From: Calditrichia bacterium
GTDB lineage: Bacteria; Calditrichota; Calditrichia; RBG-13-44-9; J075
Assembly: GCA_050633245.1 (NCBI GenBank)
Contig: JBOEGD010000032.1
Coordinates: forward strand, 32,001-96,000
Direction: 5' to 3'
Length of the DNA stretch: 64,000 nucleotides
The position numbers and the translations under genes were made by a program. Shown here in pieces: positions 1-10,238 of this stretch; position 1 is the first letter of the stretch; every line of letters starts with the position of its first letter. The notes beneath the pieces are model-generated. The model was not told where the DNA came from. It was given only the letters and a program-made list of their open reading frames with translations, and made no database searches.

Positions 1-219
1 CTTTTCGGACTGGTCTTTGCCGAAGCCGGACGCGTTTGGCCAACCTTCAGACAGTTTAACTTAAATGAAATGCAGCGATCTGTCGGATTCGGTGCGCGAC
101 TCTTTATGCCGCTACTTGGTATTATCGGTGTCGACTTTGCCTATGGATTCGATTATTTCGATGCTTTAGAAAATAGAGATGGTGACTGGAAAGTTCACTT
201 TAAATTCGGTCAATTTTAA
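1..219 (+). CDS. bamA: Outer membrane protein assembly factor BamA, C-terminal fragment (runs off window start)
   Basis: Manual frame-1 translation LFGLVFAEAG...RSVGFGARLFMPLLGIIGVDFAYGFD...WKVHFKFGQF* matches the Omp85 C-terminus with terminal Phe; directly upstream of skp-lpxD. Confidence 0.9.
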   Translation, partial: LFGLVFAEAGRVWPTFRQFNLNEMQRSVGFGARLFMPLLGIIGVDFAYGFDYFDALENRDGDWKVHFKFGQF

Positions 220-270
220 CAACGACAAAATCGGTACGTATAAGTATCTTAGTTATCCAGGAGGAATATT

Positions 271-798
271 GTGAAAAAGGGTGTATATATTTTAACCTCT
301 GTACTGGCATTTTTGCTGCTTATCAGCTCAACTGCTCAGGCACAAATGAAAATTCGCTACATCAATACTCAGCGCGTTTTAGTAGAATATCCGGAAGCTC
401 AGGAATTGCAAAAGCAGCTTGATGATCTCAAAAAAACCTACGAAGCTGAATTTCAGGCCAAGCAGGTAAATGCCCAGAAGCTGGTAGAAGAAATTCAGAA
501 GCAAAGTCTGCTGCTCAGCCCGGAAAAGAAAGCAGAAAAAGAAGCTCAGCTGGCGCAAACTCAGCAGGAGCTCGAAACCTATTATTATGCAAAGCTTGGT
601 CCGCAAGGCGAGTATTTTCAGAAGAATCAGCAGCTTCAGGAGCCGTTAATGAACAAGATTAACGAAACCATCAAGCTTGTTGGTGAAGAAGAAGGCTGTG
701 ATTACATCCTCGATCTGGTTGCTGGCTCGGTGCTTTATAGCAAGCCGGAACACGATTTGACAGATAAGGTGCTTGCTGCGCTTGGAAAAGCCAAGTAA
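271..798 (+). CDS. skp: OmpH/Skp periplasmic chaperone
   Basis: Signal peptide, KIRYIN start, long coiled coil, CDYILD...DLTDKVL end; sits between bamA and lpxD. Confidence 0.92.
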   Translation: MKKGVYILTSVLAFLLLISSTAQAQMKIRYINTQRVLVEYPEAQELQKQLDDLKKTYEAEFQAKQVNAQKLVEEIQKQSLLLSPEKKAEKEAQLAQTQQELETYYYAKLGPQGEYFQKNQQLQEPLMNKINETIKLVGEEEGCDYILDLVAGSVLYSKPEHDLTDKVLAALGKAK

Positions 799-820
799 GT
801 AGTTTACTAGAGATTGAATT

Positions 821-868
821 GAAAAAGCTGGAGTTCGTGTAAACGAATTTCAGCTTTTTCTTGTTTAT
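821..868 (+). terminator. Intrinsic terminator after skp
   Basis: GAAAAAGCTGGAGTTCGT-GTAA-ACGAATTTCAGCTTTTTC hairpin followed by T-rich tail. Confidence 0.75.
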
Positions 869-1002
869 TGGCCCATCATAAGCGATTTTCTTTCCATATT
901 ATTTTCGAGGATGCAAAATTTACTCCTTATATTGCAATCCTGCTCCTCAGGATTTAGATTGCCGCGGACTATATGAAAAATCAGACAATTAAGGAACGCC
1001 CA

Positions 1003-2058
1003 ATGGCTGCCTTAAATTTAGATTCACTTGCGTCAAAAATTGGCGGAACCGTACACGGAGACGGCTCTGTTGAAGTCACTGGCGTGGCTGAGATTGCCAA
1101 AGCTCAAGCGACGGAAATAACCTTCCTGGCCAATCCTAAATACAAGCATTTACTGAATTCATGTGATGCTGGTGCCGTTATCATTGACGGAAATGCCGAT
1201 CTGGTTCCCGATATCCCATATATTGAAGTGCCAAACGCATACTTTGGTTTTTTACAGGCCTTTTTGCTTTTTAATCCGCAGAAGGAACAGTTAAAGCCGG
1301 GGATTCATTCCACTGCCGTTATCGAAGAAACAGCTATACTGGGTGAAAACGTAACCATTGGTGCAAACGTTTATATCGGTGATGGCGTTACAATTGGCGA
1401 TAATACCCGCATTCTTCCCAATTGCGTTATCCTAAATAACAGCTCTATCGGCAAGGGATGCCTCTTTTACCCGTCTGTTGGTGTAAGAGAAGGCTGTAGC
1501 ATTGGAGACCGGGTAATTGTTCACAACGGTGCGGTTATTGGCAGTGATGGATTCGGATTTGCGCCTTATGGTGGCCAGTTTCATAAAATTCCGCAGGTTG
1601 GTACCGTTATTATTGAAAATGATGTCGAGATTGGCGCCAATGTAACAATTGACCGCGCCACGCTGGGTGAAACAATTATCCGATCGGGCGTAAAGCTGGA
1701 TAATTTGGTTCATATTGCCCACAATGTAATTGTGAATGAACACACGGTAATGGCGGCACAAGCCGGCATTTCGGGTAGTACAAAAATTGGTAAAAATGTT
1801 ATGATCGGCGGTCAGGTAGGTACCGTGGGTCATATTACAATCGGAGACGGTGCACAAATTGCAGCGAAATCGGGCATTGCAAAAAGTGTTGAACCGGGTG
1901 AACAGATGTTTGGCGCTCCGGCACATCCGATAATGAAAGCAAAACGCATAGAAGCGGTTATTAAGAATCTCCCGAATTTAGCGAAGCGTGTTCGACAGCT
2001 CGAGAAGGCACTGGAAAAGTTGTCTGAAACATCCGGTGAAGAAGAACAAGACGCTTAA
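1003..2058 (+). CDS. lpxD: UDP-3-O-(3-hydroxyacyl)glucosamine N-acyltransferase
   Basis: ITFLANPKY, hexapeptide repeats, IGSDGFGF, KIPQVG, IDRATLG, KLDNLVHIAHN; AAGGA RBS before ATG 1003 (ORF open from 973). Confidence 0.96.
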   Translation: MAALNLDSLASKIGGTVHGDGSVEVTGVAEIAKAQATEITFLANPKYKHLLNSCDAGAVIIDGNADLVPDIPYIEVPNAYFGFLQAFLLFNPQKEQLKPGIHSTAVIEETAILGENVTIGANVYIGDGVTIGDNTRILPNCVILNNSSIGKGCLFYPSVGVREGCSIGDRVIVHNGAVIGSDGFGFAPYGGQFHKIPQVGTVIIENDVEIGANVTIDRATLGETIIRSGVKLDNLVHIAHNVIVNEHTVMAAQAGISGSTKIGKNVMIGGQVGTVGHITIGDGAQIAAKSGIAKSVEPGEQMFGAPAHPIMKAKRIEAVIKNLPNLAKRVRQLEKALEKLSETSGEEEQDA

Positions 2059-2101
2059 TAAAGCTGAATTCGATTTAACAAATTGAGACTGAGGTAGATT
2101 T

Positions 2102-3517
2102 ATGTACGAGGCAAAAAAACAGAGAACCATTAAGACCACTGCCACTTTAACCGGTGTTGGTCTGCATACTGGTGATCGCTCTACTATTACATTTAAGCCG
2201 GCTCCTGAGAACTATGGAATCGTTTGGAGCCGCACTGATATTGAAGGCGGTGTAGAGATCCCTGCGCTGGTAGATTTTGTGCTGCAGGATGATTCTATCG
2301 ACAGCGTTCGCGGAACAAATCTTACCAAGGATGGCAAGGTTATTTATACTATTGAACACGTTATGGCTGCTGCTGCCGGTCTTGAGATAGACAATCTGCG
2401 CATCGAAATCAGCGCCTCCGAACCCCCGGTTGGCGATGGTAGTGCCATGCCGTATGTGAAAGTGCTTATGGAGGCCGGTGTGATAGAGCAGGAAGCACCT
2501 AAAAACTATCTCGTTATTGAAGACACCCTGCAATATCAAAACGATAAAATCGGTGTGGATATGGTTGCGCTGCCGCTTGATGATTTTCGCGCTACGGTAA
2601 TGATTGATTATCAAAACCCGGCGTTGGGTAGTCAACATTCGGGATTGTTCTCGATTGAGAATGAGTTTGTCTCAGACTTCGCTCCAGCTCGTACCTTCTG
2701 CTTCCTCCATGAAGTAGAAATGCTTATTAAACAAGGGCTTATCAAGGGCGGTCGACTGGATAATGCCGTTGTTATTTGCGATAAAGGTCTGGAAGAGCTC
2801 AACGAAAAAGACATCAAAGAAACGCTACAAATCGACGGCGATGTATTTGTCGGAGAAAACGGAATCCTGAATAACCGCGAGTTGCGCTTCAAAAATGAAC
2901 CAGCTCGTCATAAGGTTCTCGACCTTCTAGGCGATCTCTATCTCGTTGGCGTTCCGATTAAAGGACAAGTGCTGGCTGCCAGACCGGGACATCAAAGCAA
3001 TATTGAATTTGCCCGTAAACTGCGCGACTACTACAAGAATCAGCAGCTTACCCGAAAGTATCAGGACGTCGCCAGCAAAGGTGTCGTGTTCGACTTCAAT
3101 GCGATTCAAAAAATATTGCCGCATCGTTATCCTTTTCTCTTCGTAGACCGTATTGTAGAGTTTGAAGCCGGGAAGCGAATTGTCGGTATGAAGAATGTAA
3201 CGGGTAATGAAGAGTTCTTTCAGGGACACTTTCCAGGACATCCGATTATGCCGGGTGTATTAATTGTAGAAGCCTTGGCCCAGTGCGGTGGAATTATGCT
3301 CCTGAATAATATCGATAGCCCGGAAGATAAGCTGGTTTACTTTATGTCTATGGATAATGTGAAATTCCGCAAGCCGGTATTCCCCGGAATGCAGCTTATT
3401 TTCGAGCTGGATCTGTTACGTCAACGTTCCTCAACTGCCAAGATGCACGGTAAGGCTTTGGTAAATGGTGAAGTAATGGTCGAGGCTGATCTAATGGCTG
3501 CTATCACAACTCGTTAG
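2102..3517 (+). CDS. lpxC/fabZ: Bifunctional LpxC deacetylase / FabZ dehydratase
   Basis: QRTI..GVGLHTG, TIEHVMAA, ARTFCF, RHKVLDLLGDL (LpxC) followed by LPHRYPFLFVDRI, FFQGHFPGHPIMPGVLIVEALAQ (FabZ). Confidence 0.96.
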   Translation: MYEAKKQRTIKTTATLTGVGLHTGDRSTITFKPAPENYGIVWSRTDIEGGVEIPALVDFVLQDDSIDSVRGTNLTKDGKVIYTIEHVMAAAAGLEIDNLRIEISASEPPVGDGSAMPYVKVLMEAGVIEQEAPKNYLVIEDTLQYQNDKIGVDMVALPLDDFRATVMIDYQNPALGSQHSGLFSIENEFVSDFAPARTFCFLHEVEMLIKQGLIKGGRLDNAVVICDKGLEELNEKDIKETLQIDGDVFVGENGILNNRELRFKNEPARHKVLDLLGDLYLVGVPIKGQVLAARPGHQSNIEFARKLRDYYKNQQLTRKYQDVASKGVVFDFNAIQKILPHRYPFLFVDRIVEFEAGKRIVGMKNVTGNEEFFQGHFPGHPIMPGVLIVEALAQCGGIMLLNNIDSPEDKLVYFMSMDNVKFRKPVFPGMQLIFELDLLRQRSSTAKMHGKALVNGEVMVEADLMAAITTR

Positions 3518-3566
3518 TGGAAGAGTAAATGGAACGGAATATATCAGTGCGAGACTGGAGGAAGTA

Positions 3567-4343
3567 GTGGCAACAATTCACCCCACAGCGATCGTTTCTG
3601 CCAAGGCTGAACTGGGAGAGAATGTAAGCGTTGGGCCGTATGCGATTATTGAGGATGATGTGATCATCGGAAATAACTGCGTCATAAATGCCCGTGCCTA
3701 TATCGCGAATGGTGCGCGACTGGCCAAAAACGTTTTGGTTGGAATAGGAGCGGTCTTGTCTAACCCACCGCAGGATTTGAAATACAAAGATGAAAAAACA
3801 ACTCTTGAAGTCGGTGAGAATACGGTTATTCGTGAATATGCGACATTGAATCGCGGAACAGATTATAATTGGAAAACGATTGTCGGTCGCGATTGCTTTT
3901 TAATGTCTTATGTGCATGTTGCCCACGACTGTATCATCGGAAATAATGTGATTATTTCCAATGCGGTAAACATGGCCGGACACGTGGAAATTGACGATTA
4001 TGTTGGAATTGGCGGAATGTCTGCTGTACATCAGTTTGTACGAATCGGCAGACATAGCTTCGTCGGCGGTGGGCTACGAGTAAATAAAGACGTTCCGCCC
4101 TATATCCTTGCCCAGGGCGATCCGATACAGTATGGCGGCATTAATTCTGTCGGTATGTCTCGCAAGGGGTTTGCCGATGAAGATATTGCCGATGTAAAGC
4201 GAGCCTATCGCGTGCTGTATAAATCCGACCTTATTCGCAAAGAAGCACTGGATAAAATCCGCGGCGACTTTAAGATGACAAAGAGTATTGAGTCCATTGT
4301 CAATTTTGTCGAAAATAGTACACGTGGTATTATTCGCGGTTGA
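3567..4343 (+). CDS. lpxA: Acyl-ACP--UDP-GlcNAc O-acyltransferase
   Basis: IHPTAIV, PQDLKY, IREYATLNRGT, HVAHDC, HQFVRIG, DVPPY. Confidence 0.97.
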   Translation: MATIHPTAIVSAKAELGENVSVGPYAIIEDDVIIGNNCVINARAYIANGARLAKNVLVGIGAVLSNPPQDLKYKDEKTTLEVGENTVIREYATLNRGTDYNWKTIVGRDCFLMSYVHVAHDCIIGNNVIISNAVNMAGHVEIDDYVGIGGMSAVHQFVRIGRHSFVGGGLRVNKDVPPYILAQGDPIQYGGINSVGMSRKGFADEDIADVKRAYRVLYKSDLIRKEALDKIRGDFKMTKSIESIVNFVENSTRGIIRG

Positions 4344-4449
4344 GAATAAACCGCATGCAGACAATTTCTTGTTCACATAACAATTTTGTCGACATCAATT
4401 AGAAGTAGATTGAAATTATACTCTGAATCAAGATTCAGAAGGATGATAT

Positions 4450-5787
4450 ATGTTTGAAAATATTTTTGTAAACATCTTTGCCCTCATACCCATGTTGGGG
4501 ATTCTGGTGTTTGTACACGAACTGGGGCATTTCGTTGCCGCTAAGCTTTTTGGGGTGCGCGTAGAACGTTTCTCGATTGGCTTTCCACCACGTCTTTTTG
4601 GTACTCAGGTTGGAGAGACCGACTACTGTATCTCGGCGATTCCACTGGGCGGATACGTGAAGTTAAGCGGAATGATTGACGAAAGCCTGGATGCGGAAAG
4701 CATGGAAAAAGATCCAGAACCTTATGAGTTTCGCTCGAAGCCAATGTATCAAAAGGCGATTATTATTACTGCCGGCGTTCTTATGAACTTCATCCTCGCA
4801 GTAATGATTCTCGGCGGAATCGTCTATTTTCAGGGCGAGCGAATCATCACTTCGACGAAGATCGGTGCTGTGCCACAGGGAAGTCTTGCTGCTGATATTG
4901 GTTTACAGGCAAATGACAGAATATTGACCATCGGTGGTAAAGAGGTGGAGTCTTATAATGACATCACCCGACATTTTCTGGAATTTCTTGGGGAGGATGT
5001 TGTCTTCTCAGTCGAACGTGGTGGTGAGCCAGTCGATTTGGTCATGAAGTGGGCCGATTTCGATTTGTCTAATGAACGCGGCCTGGAGATTGAACCTTAT
5101 GCTGAAGCGCGGATTGGTGCTCTTCAGCCAGATTATCCTGCCGAACAGGCGGGTATGCAGGTTGGAGATCAAATTCTTCTAATCGACAGCGTCGCTGTTT
5201 CCAGCTGGGGGCAGATGCGAAATACGATTACCTCGCGTGCCGGCGAAACCCTCTCTTTGGTGATTCAACGCGGAGATGAAGAAATTAGCCTTTCGCTTAC
5301 ACCAAAGGAAATAACGTATCGCGATATTACTGATACCGAGCAAAAGCGCGGTGTAATTGGCATTGCGCCTGATTATGAGATGGAATTTGTTACTTATCCT
5401 CTGATGACATCTATCGGTAAAGGCTTTTCCAAATCGGTTTCAATGGGAGCACTTCAGCTAAAGGGGTTTGGTTGGATATTTTCCGGAAAGGAATCTGCGT
5501 CGGAATCGCTTACCGGTCCAGTCGGTATTGCAAAGATGGCAGGGCAATTCGCTCGTCAGGGGCTCTTGTCCTGGCTAAACTTGGTCGCCATGCTAAGCGT
5601 TGTTCTGGCAATTGTGAATATACTTCCAATACCCGCTTTAGATGGTGGACATTTACTGATCATTATTGCCGAAGGTGTTTTAGGAAGGCCAATCTCGGTG
5701 AAGGCCAAGGTTGCAGCACAGCAAATTGGTATGCTGGTTCTTTTGATGCTCTTGCTTTTTGCCACATTTAATGATGTAACGAGATAG
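4450..5787 (+). CDS. rseP: RIP metalloprotease RseP (M50, two PDZ domains)
   Basis: HELGH, FSIGF, IPLGGYVKLSG, NILPIPALDGGH. Confidence 0.95.
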   Translation: MFENIFVNIFALIPMLGILVFVHELGHFVAAKLFGVRVERFSIGFPPRLFGTQVGETDYCISAIPLGGYVKLSGMIDESLDAESMEKDPEPYEFRSKPMYQKAIIITAGVLMNFILAVMILGGIVYFQGERIITSTKIGAVPQGSLAADIGLQANDRILTIGGKEVESYNDITRHFLEFLGEDVVFSVERGGEPVDLVMKWADFDLSNERGLEIEPYAEARIGALQPDYPAEQAGMQVGDQILLIDSVAVSSWGQMRNTITSRAGETLSLVIQRGDEEISLSLTPKEITYRDITDTEQKRGVIGIAPDYEMEFVTYPLMTSIGKGFSKSVSMGALQLKGFGWIFSGKESASESLTGPVGIAKMAGQFARQGLLSWLNLVAMLSVVLAIVNILPIPALDGGHLLIIIAEGVLGRPISVKAKVAAQQIGMLVLLMLLLFATFNDVTR

Positions 5788-5913
5788 CGGCTAAAAATTC
5801 CTAAAAGAAATCAAAATTGATCTACCCGACATTTTCGACGATAAAAAGGGACTATCTTCCTGCGATAGAAAACCTACCATACTTACTGAGACTGTGTTTG
5901 AAGGAGTGCGATT

Positions 5914-6735
5914 GTGGAAGACTTGTTTAAAGCTATTATTTTGGGACTAGTGCAGGGGCTGTCAGAATTTTTACCGATCAGTAGTTCCGGCCATCTTGTT
6001 TTATTTGGCGAACTTTTGAATTATCAGGAAGCCGGTATCGCGCTGGAAGTGTTCGTTCACTTTGGAACGCTGATCTCCGTGTTTATCTGTTTTCGCAAAG
6101 ATATTTGGGAAATGGTGCGCTGGTTACCGAAGGTGCCGGAATTTATACTAAACGGGATGCACGTTCGTAGCGAAGAAGATAAATATAAGGCGATGAGTGC
6201 CTATATTGTTATTGGCTCCGTGCCTGCCGCTATTGCCGGACTTCTTTTAAAAGATCATATTGAATCAATTTTTACTCCTGTAGTTGTTCTCTTTACGCTT
6301 TCAATAACGGCGCTGATTTTATTTAGCTCACGCTATACAGAGGAAAGTCAACCTTTTCTTACCTGGAAGCATGCTATCCTGATTGGCTGCGTTCAGGCCT
6401 TTGCTATTCTCCCCGGGATTTCCCGTTCCGGCGCTACCATTATTATGGCGCTTTGGTTAGGCGTTCAGCGTGAAACTGCCGCAAAGTTTTCATTTCTGCT
6501 ATCCATTCCGGTTATTCTTGGTGCCTCGATCCTGCAGTTTGCGGATATGCTGTCTGCACCACCATCTGGTTCCGAACTTATCTCGTTGTTTGCTGCAACG
6601 GTTGCAGCAGCTGTTTCCGGTTACTTTGCAATTGTTTGGCTCATGGAGGTTGTAAAAAAGCAGCAGCTTGAATGGTTTGCCTTATACTGCGCAATTGTAA
6701 GCGTTGTTGGCGGCGCAATTTATTTTATGCAGTAG
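5914..6735 (+). CDS. uppP: Undecaprenyl-diphosphate phosphatase
   Basis: LGLVQGLSEFLPISSSGH, PGISRSG, FSFLLSIP. Confidence 0.95.
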   Translation: MEDLFKAIILGLVQGLSEFLPISSSGHLVLFGELLNYQEAGIALEVFVHFGTLISVFICFRKDIWEMVRWLPKVPEFILNGMHVRSEEDKYKAMSAYIVIGSVPAAIAGLLLKDHIESIFTPVVVLFTLSITALILFSSRYTEESQPFLTWKHAILIGCVQAFAILPGISRSGATIIMALWLGVQRETAAKFSFLLSIPVILGASILQFADMLSAPPSGSELISLFAATVAAAVSGYFAIVWLMEVVKKQQLEWFALYCAIVSVVGGAIYFMQ

Positions 6736-6866
6736 ATCTCCCGGTTTTATTTTGCTCTTTCGGTTTAGCCTGCAATTGGTTAAAATGAGCAATTGTGCCA
6801 GTTTCCACATTGGAAGCATTAAATAGGTAACGGTACATTGCTTTGTATTTAACCAATGAGAACAGT

Positions 6867-8357
6867 ATGGCAAAAATTGAACAATTTTCCAGCCGATGGG
6901 CACTCCTTCTGGCAACACTGGGAATGGCTATCGGTGCCGGAAATATTTGGCGCTTCCCTCGCCTTGCCGGAGAATACGGCGGGGTTTTTCTCATCCCATG
7001 GGCATTCTTTCTAATCCTCTGGTCTGTGCCACTTATCATGGTTGAATTTGCGCTTGGTAAGAAAACGCGCAAGGGACCGATCGGTGCATTTGCAGATTTC
7101 CTCGGCAAAAAATACACTTGGATGGGTGGATTCGTTACGCTCTGCACCATGGGTATTATGTTTTACTATTCAGTTGTTACCGGCTGGGCTCTAAAATATT
7201 TTCTATCGGCTGCATCAGGTGCGCTCAATGGCGTAGACCATAGTGTTTATTGGAATACGTTCACGAGTAGTGGCATTCAGCCCGTGATGTTTCATCTGGT
7301 CTCCATTACACTTGCATCGGTTATCATTTATCAGGGAATTCTGAATGGCATTGAACGAGCCAATCGGATTCTCCTGCCATCGCTGTTGTTGTTACTTATT
7401 GTCGGTGCTGTTCGCTCTTTGACTCTCGACGGTTCCTCCGCTGGCTTGGAATATTTCTTCGGCTTTAAGACGGAAGCATTGTATAACTACAAAATGTGGC
7501 TGGAAACGCTATCGCAATCAGCCTGGTCTACGGGCGCGGGCTGGGGATTGGTACTAACCTATTCTGTTTACATGCGTGAAAAAGAAGATATTACGCTGAA
7601 TTCATTCCTCACCGGATTTGGCAATAACTCTGCCTCACTCCTCGCGGGATTGGTTATTGTTCCTGCCGTCTTTGCATTGGCTGGAACAATTGGTGCCGTC
7701 GGTGGAGATCTGGGGGCAGAAAAGTTTGCCGCTGCGGAGGCAGCATTAAGGGCAGGCAATGAAGGGCTGGGATTCATCGTAATCCCTCAGCTTTTTTCTA
7801 AGCTACCGGCCTCGACATTGTTAACCAGCTTCTTTTTTCTGGCTCTCTTTTTCGCAGCGCTTAGCTCACTAATTGCAATGATGGAATTGTCAACGCGCAT
7901 GTTAATGGATTTTGGTTTTGAACGTCGCAAGGCCTTGCCGATTATCGCGGTACTTTGCGCAGTGTTGGGAATTCCTTCGGCGTACAGCATGACGTTCTTT
8001 AAAAATCAGGATTGGGTGTGGGGCCTCGGGCTTATTATCAGTGGATCCTTTTTTGCTTTTGCCGCAATTAAGACCGGCGTGAATACCTTTAGAGAAACCT
8101 ATTTGAATCGTCCTGAAAATAATGTTCATGTAGGTCGATGGTTTAATGTAGTGATGGGGGTTTTCATACCGGTAGAAGCGGCGATTCTAATGCTGGGCTG
8201 GTTCTATCGTGAATGGGATGTTGTTGCTTGGTGGGATCCAACCCGTCCTTTTAGCCTGGCCACCTGTCTGCTACAGTGGGGAACTCTTATCTTGATGTTG
8301 CTCATTTTTAACTCCTGGATCTATGATCGGGTTTCGGGAAAGGAGAGTAAGGCATGA
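6867..8357 (+). CDS. Sodium-dependent transporter, NSS/SNF family
   Basis: GMAIGAGNIWRFP TM1 motif and many TM segments; ATG 6867 likely start (ORF open from 6843). Confidence 0.92.
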   Translation: MAKIEQFSSRWALLLATLGMAIGAGNIWRFPRLAGEYGGVFLIPWAFFLILWSVPLIMVEFALGKKTRKGPIGAFADFLGKKYTWMGGFVTLCTMGIMFYYSVVTGWALKYFLSAASGALNGVDHSVYWNTFTSSGIQPVMFHLVSITLASVIIYQGILNGIERANRILLPSLLLLLIVGAVRSLTLDGSSAGLEYFFGFKTEALYNYKMWLETLSQSAWSTGAGWGLVLTYSVYMREKEDITLNSFLTGFGNNSASLLAGLVIVPAVFALAGTIGAVGGDLGAEKFAAAEAALRAGNEGLGFIVIPQLFSKLPASTLLTSFFFLALFFAALSSLIAMMELSTRMLMDFGFERRKALPIIAVLCAVLGIPSAYSMTFFKNQDWVWGLGLIISGSFFAFAAIKTGVNTFRETYLNRPENNVHVGRWFNVVMGVFIPVEAAILMLGWFYREWDVVAWWDPTRPFSLATCLLQWGTLILMLLIFNSWIYDRVSGKESKA

Positions 8358-8467
8358 TTCAATTTTCAACGCTGATAATAATGGTTCTGATTTTGGGATT
8401 TATGTGGGGTGGCCTGGCCTACTGCCTGCGTCTCGCCTGGAAAAGCGAACAGAATGATAATTTATAA
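8354..8467 (+). CDS. MetS-like small subunit of NSS transporter (37 aa, absent from ORF track)
   Basis: MIQFSTLIIMVLILGFMWGGLAYCLRLAWKSEQNDNL*; single TM with WGG; ATGA overlap with transporter stop; AGGAG RBS. Confidence 0.8.
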   Translation: MIQFSTLIIMVLILGFMWGGLAYCLRLAWKSEQNDNL

Positions 8468-8490
8468 TTGTCAATTGTCAATTGTCAATT
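8466..8490. repeat. Heptamer tandem repeat (AATTGTC)x3.5
   Basis: aattgtc aattgtc aattgtc aatt, overlapping the TAA stop at 8465-8467. Confidence 0.8.
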
Positions 8491-8525
8491 AAGGACTCAG
8501 TGCGCTAAACCTTGAACGTATTTAA

Positions 8526-9530
8526 ATGCAAAAACTAAACTACAATTCAGCGCTAGCTGCCGTAAAAAAAGGGCCACTTCAACCAGTTTATTTCATCTAT
8601 GGTGATGAAAACTTTTTGATTGATGCGCTGGTGCAGAAAATAACTGCTGCTTTTATCGGAACACCCGATAAGGAAATCAATTATTTCCTTCGGTATGCTC
8701 CTGAAGCTGCAATGGAAGATGTGCTTTCATTAACGGCTGGGGCGAGTCTCTTTTCCGAGAAAAAAGTTGTTGTGTACCGCGATTTCCAGCAGCTGCGCAA
8801 TCCACCCATGGATAAGCTGCTTTCGTATCTGAAGCGCACCGACCCTGATATATGCCTTGTAATTACGGCTCGTATCGATTCGGTAAATCAGGCTAAATAT
8901 CAAAAGATCGCCGGGTTAGCTTCAATGGTGCACGTGACCTCTTTACGTGAGGGGGATTTAAATCGCTTCATTCAGGACGAGTTTAAGCGTTATAATAAAA
9001 CAATTGATACGGAAGCGCTGCAAACGCTGATGTATCTGGTTGGTGAGAAGATTCATGACCTGAAGACAGAAATTGCTCAGGTTGTCAATTTTTATCGCGA
9101 TAGAGGAGCTATTACCTCGGCAGATATCGAGGCGGTGGTTGGCGTTCATGCCGTGCAAAATGTTTTTGAGCTTACCAGACAAATTGCGCGTAAGAATCTG
9201 GATGAAGCAGTCTTTACCACTCGTAACCTGCTGGAAAAAGGGGAAAGCGCACATGCTATTCTAGCATTGCTTACCCGACATATGATTATACTTTGGAAAA
9301 TTCGCGGGTTTTATAACAGCGGACAAAAGAACGAAAAAACAATTATGCAGCGTCTCAGACTCTATCCCAAACAGTTCCGTGCCTATGTTAGCGAACTGAC
9401 GCACTGGAGTCTGCCGCAGCTAAAAAAATCTCTCTCCCTTCTGGAAGAATGTGATCGACTATTGAAATCGGGACAGTCCACCGAACATGTAATTATGGAC
9501 ATGCTGATTTTTAAGTTGAATCGTCTATAA
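8526..9530 (+). CDS. holA: DNA polymerase III delta subunit
   Basis: PVYFIYGDENFLI, ASLFSEKKVVV, NVFEL, DRLLKSG. Confidence 0.9.
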   Translation: MQKLNYNSALAAVKKGPLQPVYFIYGDENFLIDALVQKITAAFIGTPDKEINYFLRYAPEAAMEDVLSLTAGASLFSEKKVVVYRDFQQLRNPPMDKLLSYLKRTDPDICLVITARIDSVNQAKYQKIAGLASMVHVTSLREGDLNRFIQDEFKRYNKTIDTEALQTLMYLVGEKIHDLKTEIAQVVNFYRDRGAITSADIEAVVGVHAVQNVFELTRQIARKNLDEAVFTTRNLLEKGESAHAILALLTRHMIILWKIRGFYNSGQKNEKTIMQRLRLYPKQFRAYVSELTHWSLPQLKKSLSLLEECDRLLKSGQSTEHVIMDMLIFKLNRL

Positions 9531-9585
9531 TATTCTGATTTTTTGGGAACTTTGATGAAAACACACTGTTGAAGAATAGGTTCGA

Positions 9586-10197
9586 ATGACAAAAAAGGAC
9601 ATACTGGAAAAACCAAGGATAACTGACGAGAAGCTGATTGCTCAATTTCAGCAAGGTGACGTTCAGGCGTTTGATGTGCTGGTGCGGCGTTACAAAGATC
9701 AATTGCTGAATTATGTATTTCGCTTTGTCGGCAGTAGAACGGAAGCAGAAGACCTTGTGCAGGAAACATTTCTGCGCGTGTATAAGAACAAGCACTACTA
9801 CAAGGAAATCGCAAAGTTCTCTACCTGGGTTTATACGATTGCCGGTAACCTGGCAAAAACCGAGCTACGCAGGCGAAAGCGCCGCAAGATCTTTAGCGTT
9901 AGCAATTTTGTTAATGACGATCGCGATTATGATATACCGGACGCTGACCACAATCCGGAACGCGACGTCGATAGTGCAATGAAAGATGAAATTATTCAAA
10001 ATGCTATTGAGAAATTGCCTGCTAAGTTCAAAGAAGTCATTCTGCTGCGAGATGTTCAGGGCTTTGCCTATGAGGAAATTGGCGACATTCTGGAAATCCC
10101 ACTCGGAACCGTGAAGTCGCGGGTAAACCGAGGCCGACTAAAGCTACAGGAAGATTTGAAATTTCTGTATGATGGTAAAAGCGGAGAAAGTAAGTAA
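9586..10197 (+). CDS. ECF RNA polymerase sigma-70 factor (SigW/RpoE-like)
   Basis: AEDLVQETFLRVY, FSTWVYTIAGN, YEEIGDILEIPLGTVKSRVNRGR. Confidence 0.95.
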   Translation: MTKKDILEKPRITDEKLIAQFQQGDVQAFDVLVRRYKDQLLNYVFRFVGSRTEAEDLVQETFLRVYKNKHYYKEIAKFSTWVYTIAGNLAKTELRRRKRRKIFSVSNFVNDDRDYDIPDADHNPERDVDSAMKDEIIQNAIEKLPAKFKEVILLRDVQGFAYEEIGDILEIPLGTVKSRVNRGRLKLQEDLKFLYDGKSGESK

Positions 10198-10238
10198 CAC
10201 CAATAGATATATTTATAACGTTCAAATTCTGTGAGGGA

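Noticed and set aside
2102-3517. LpxC-FabZ fusion as a novelty
   Set aside because: Well known in Bacteroidota/Chlorobiota and relatives; useful only as a taxonomic hint
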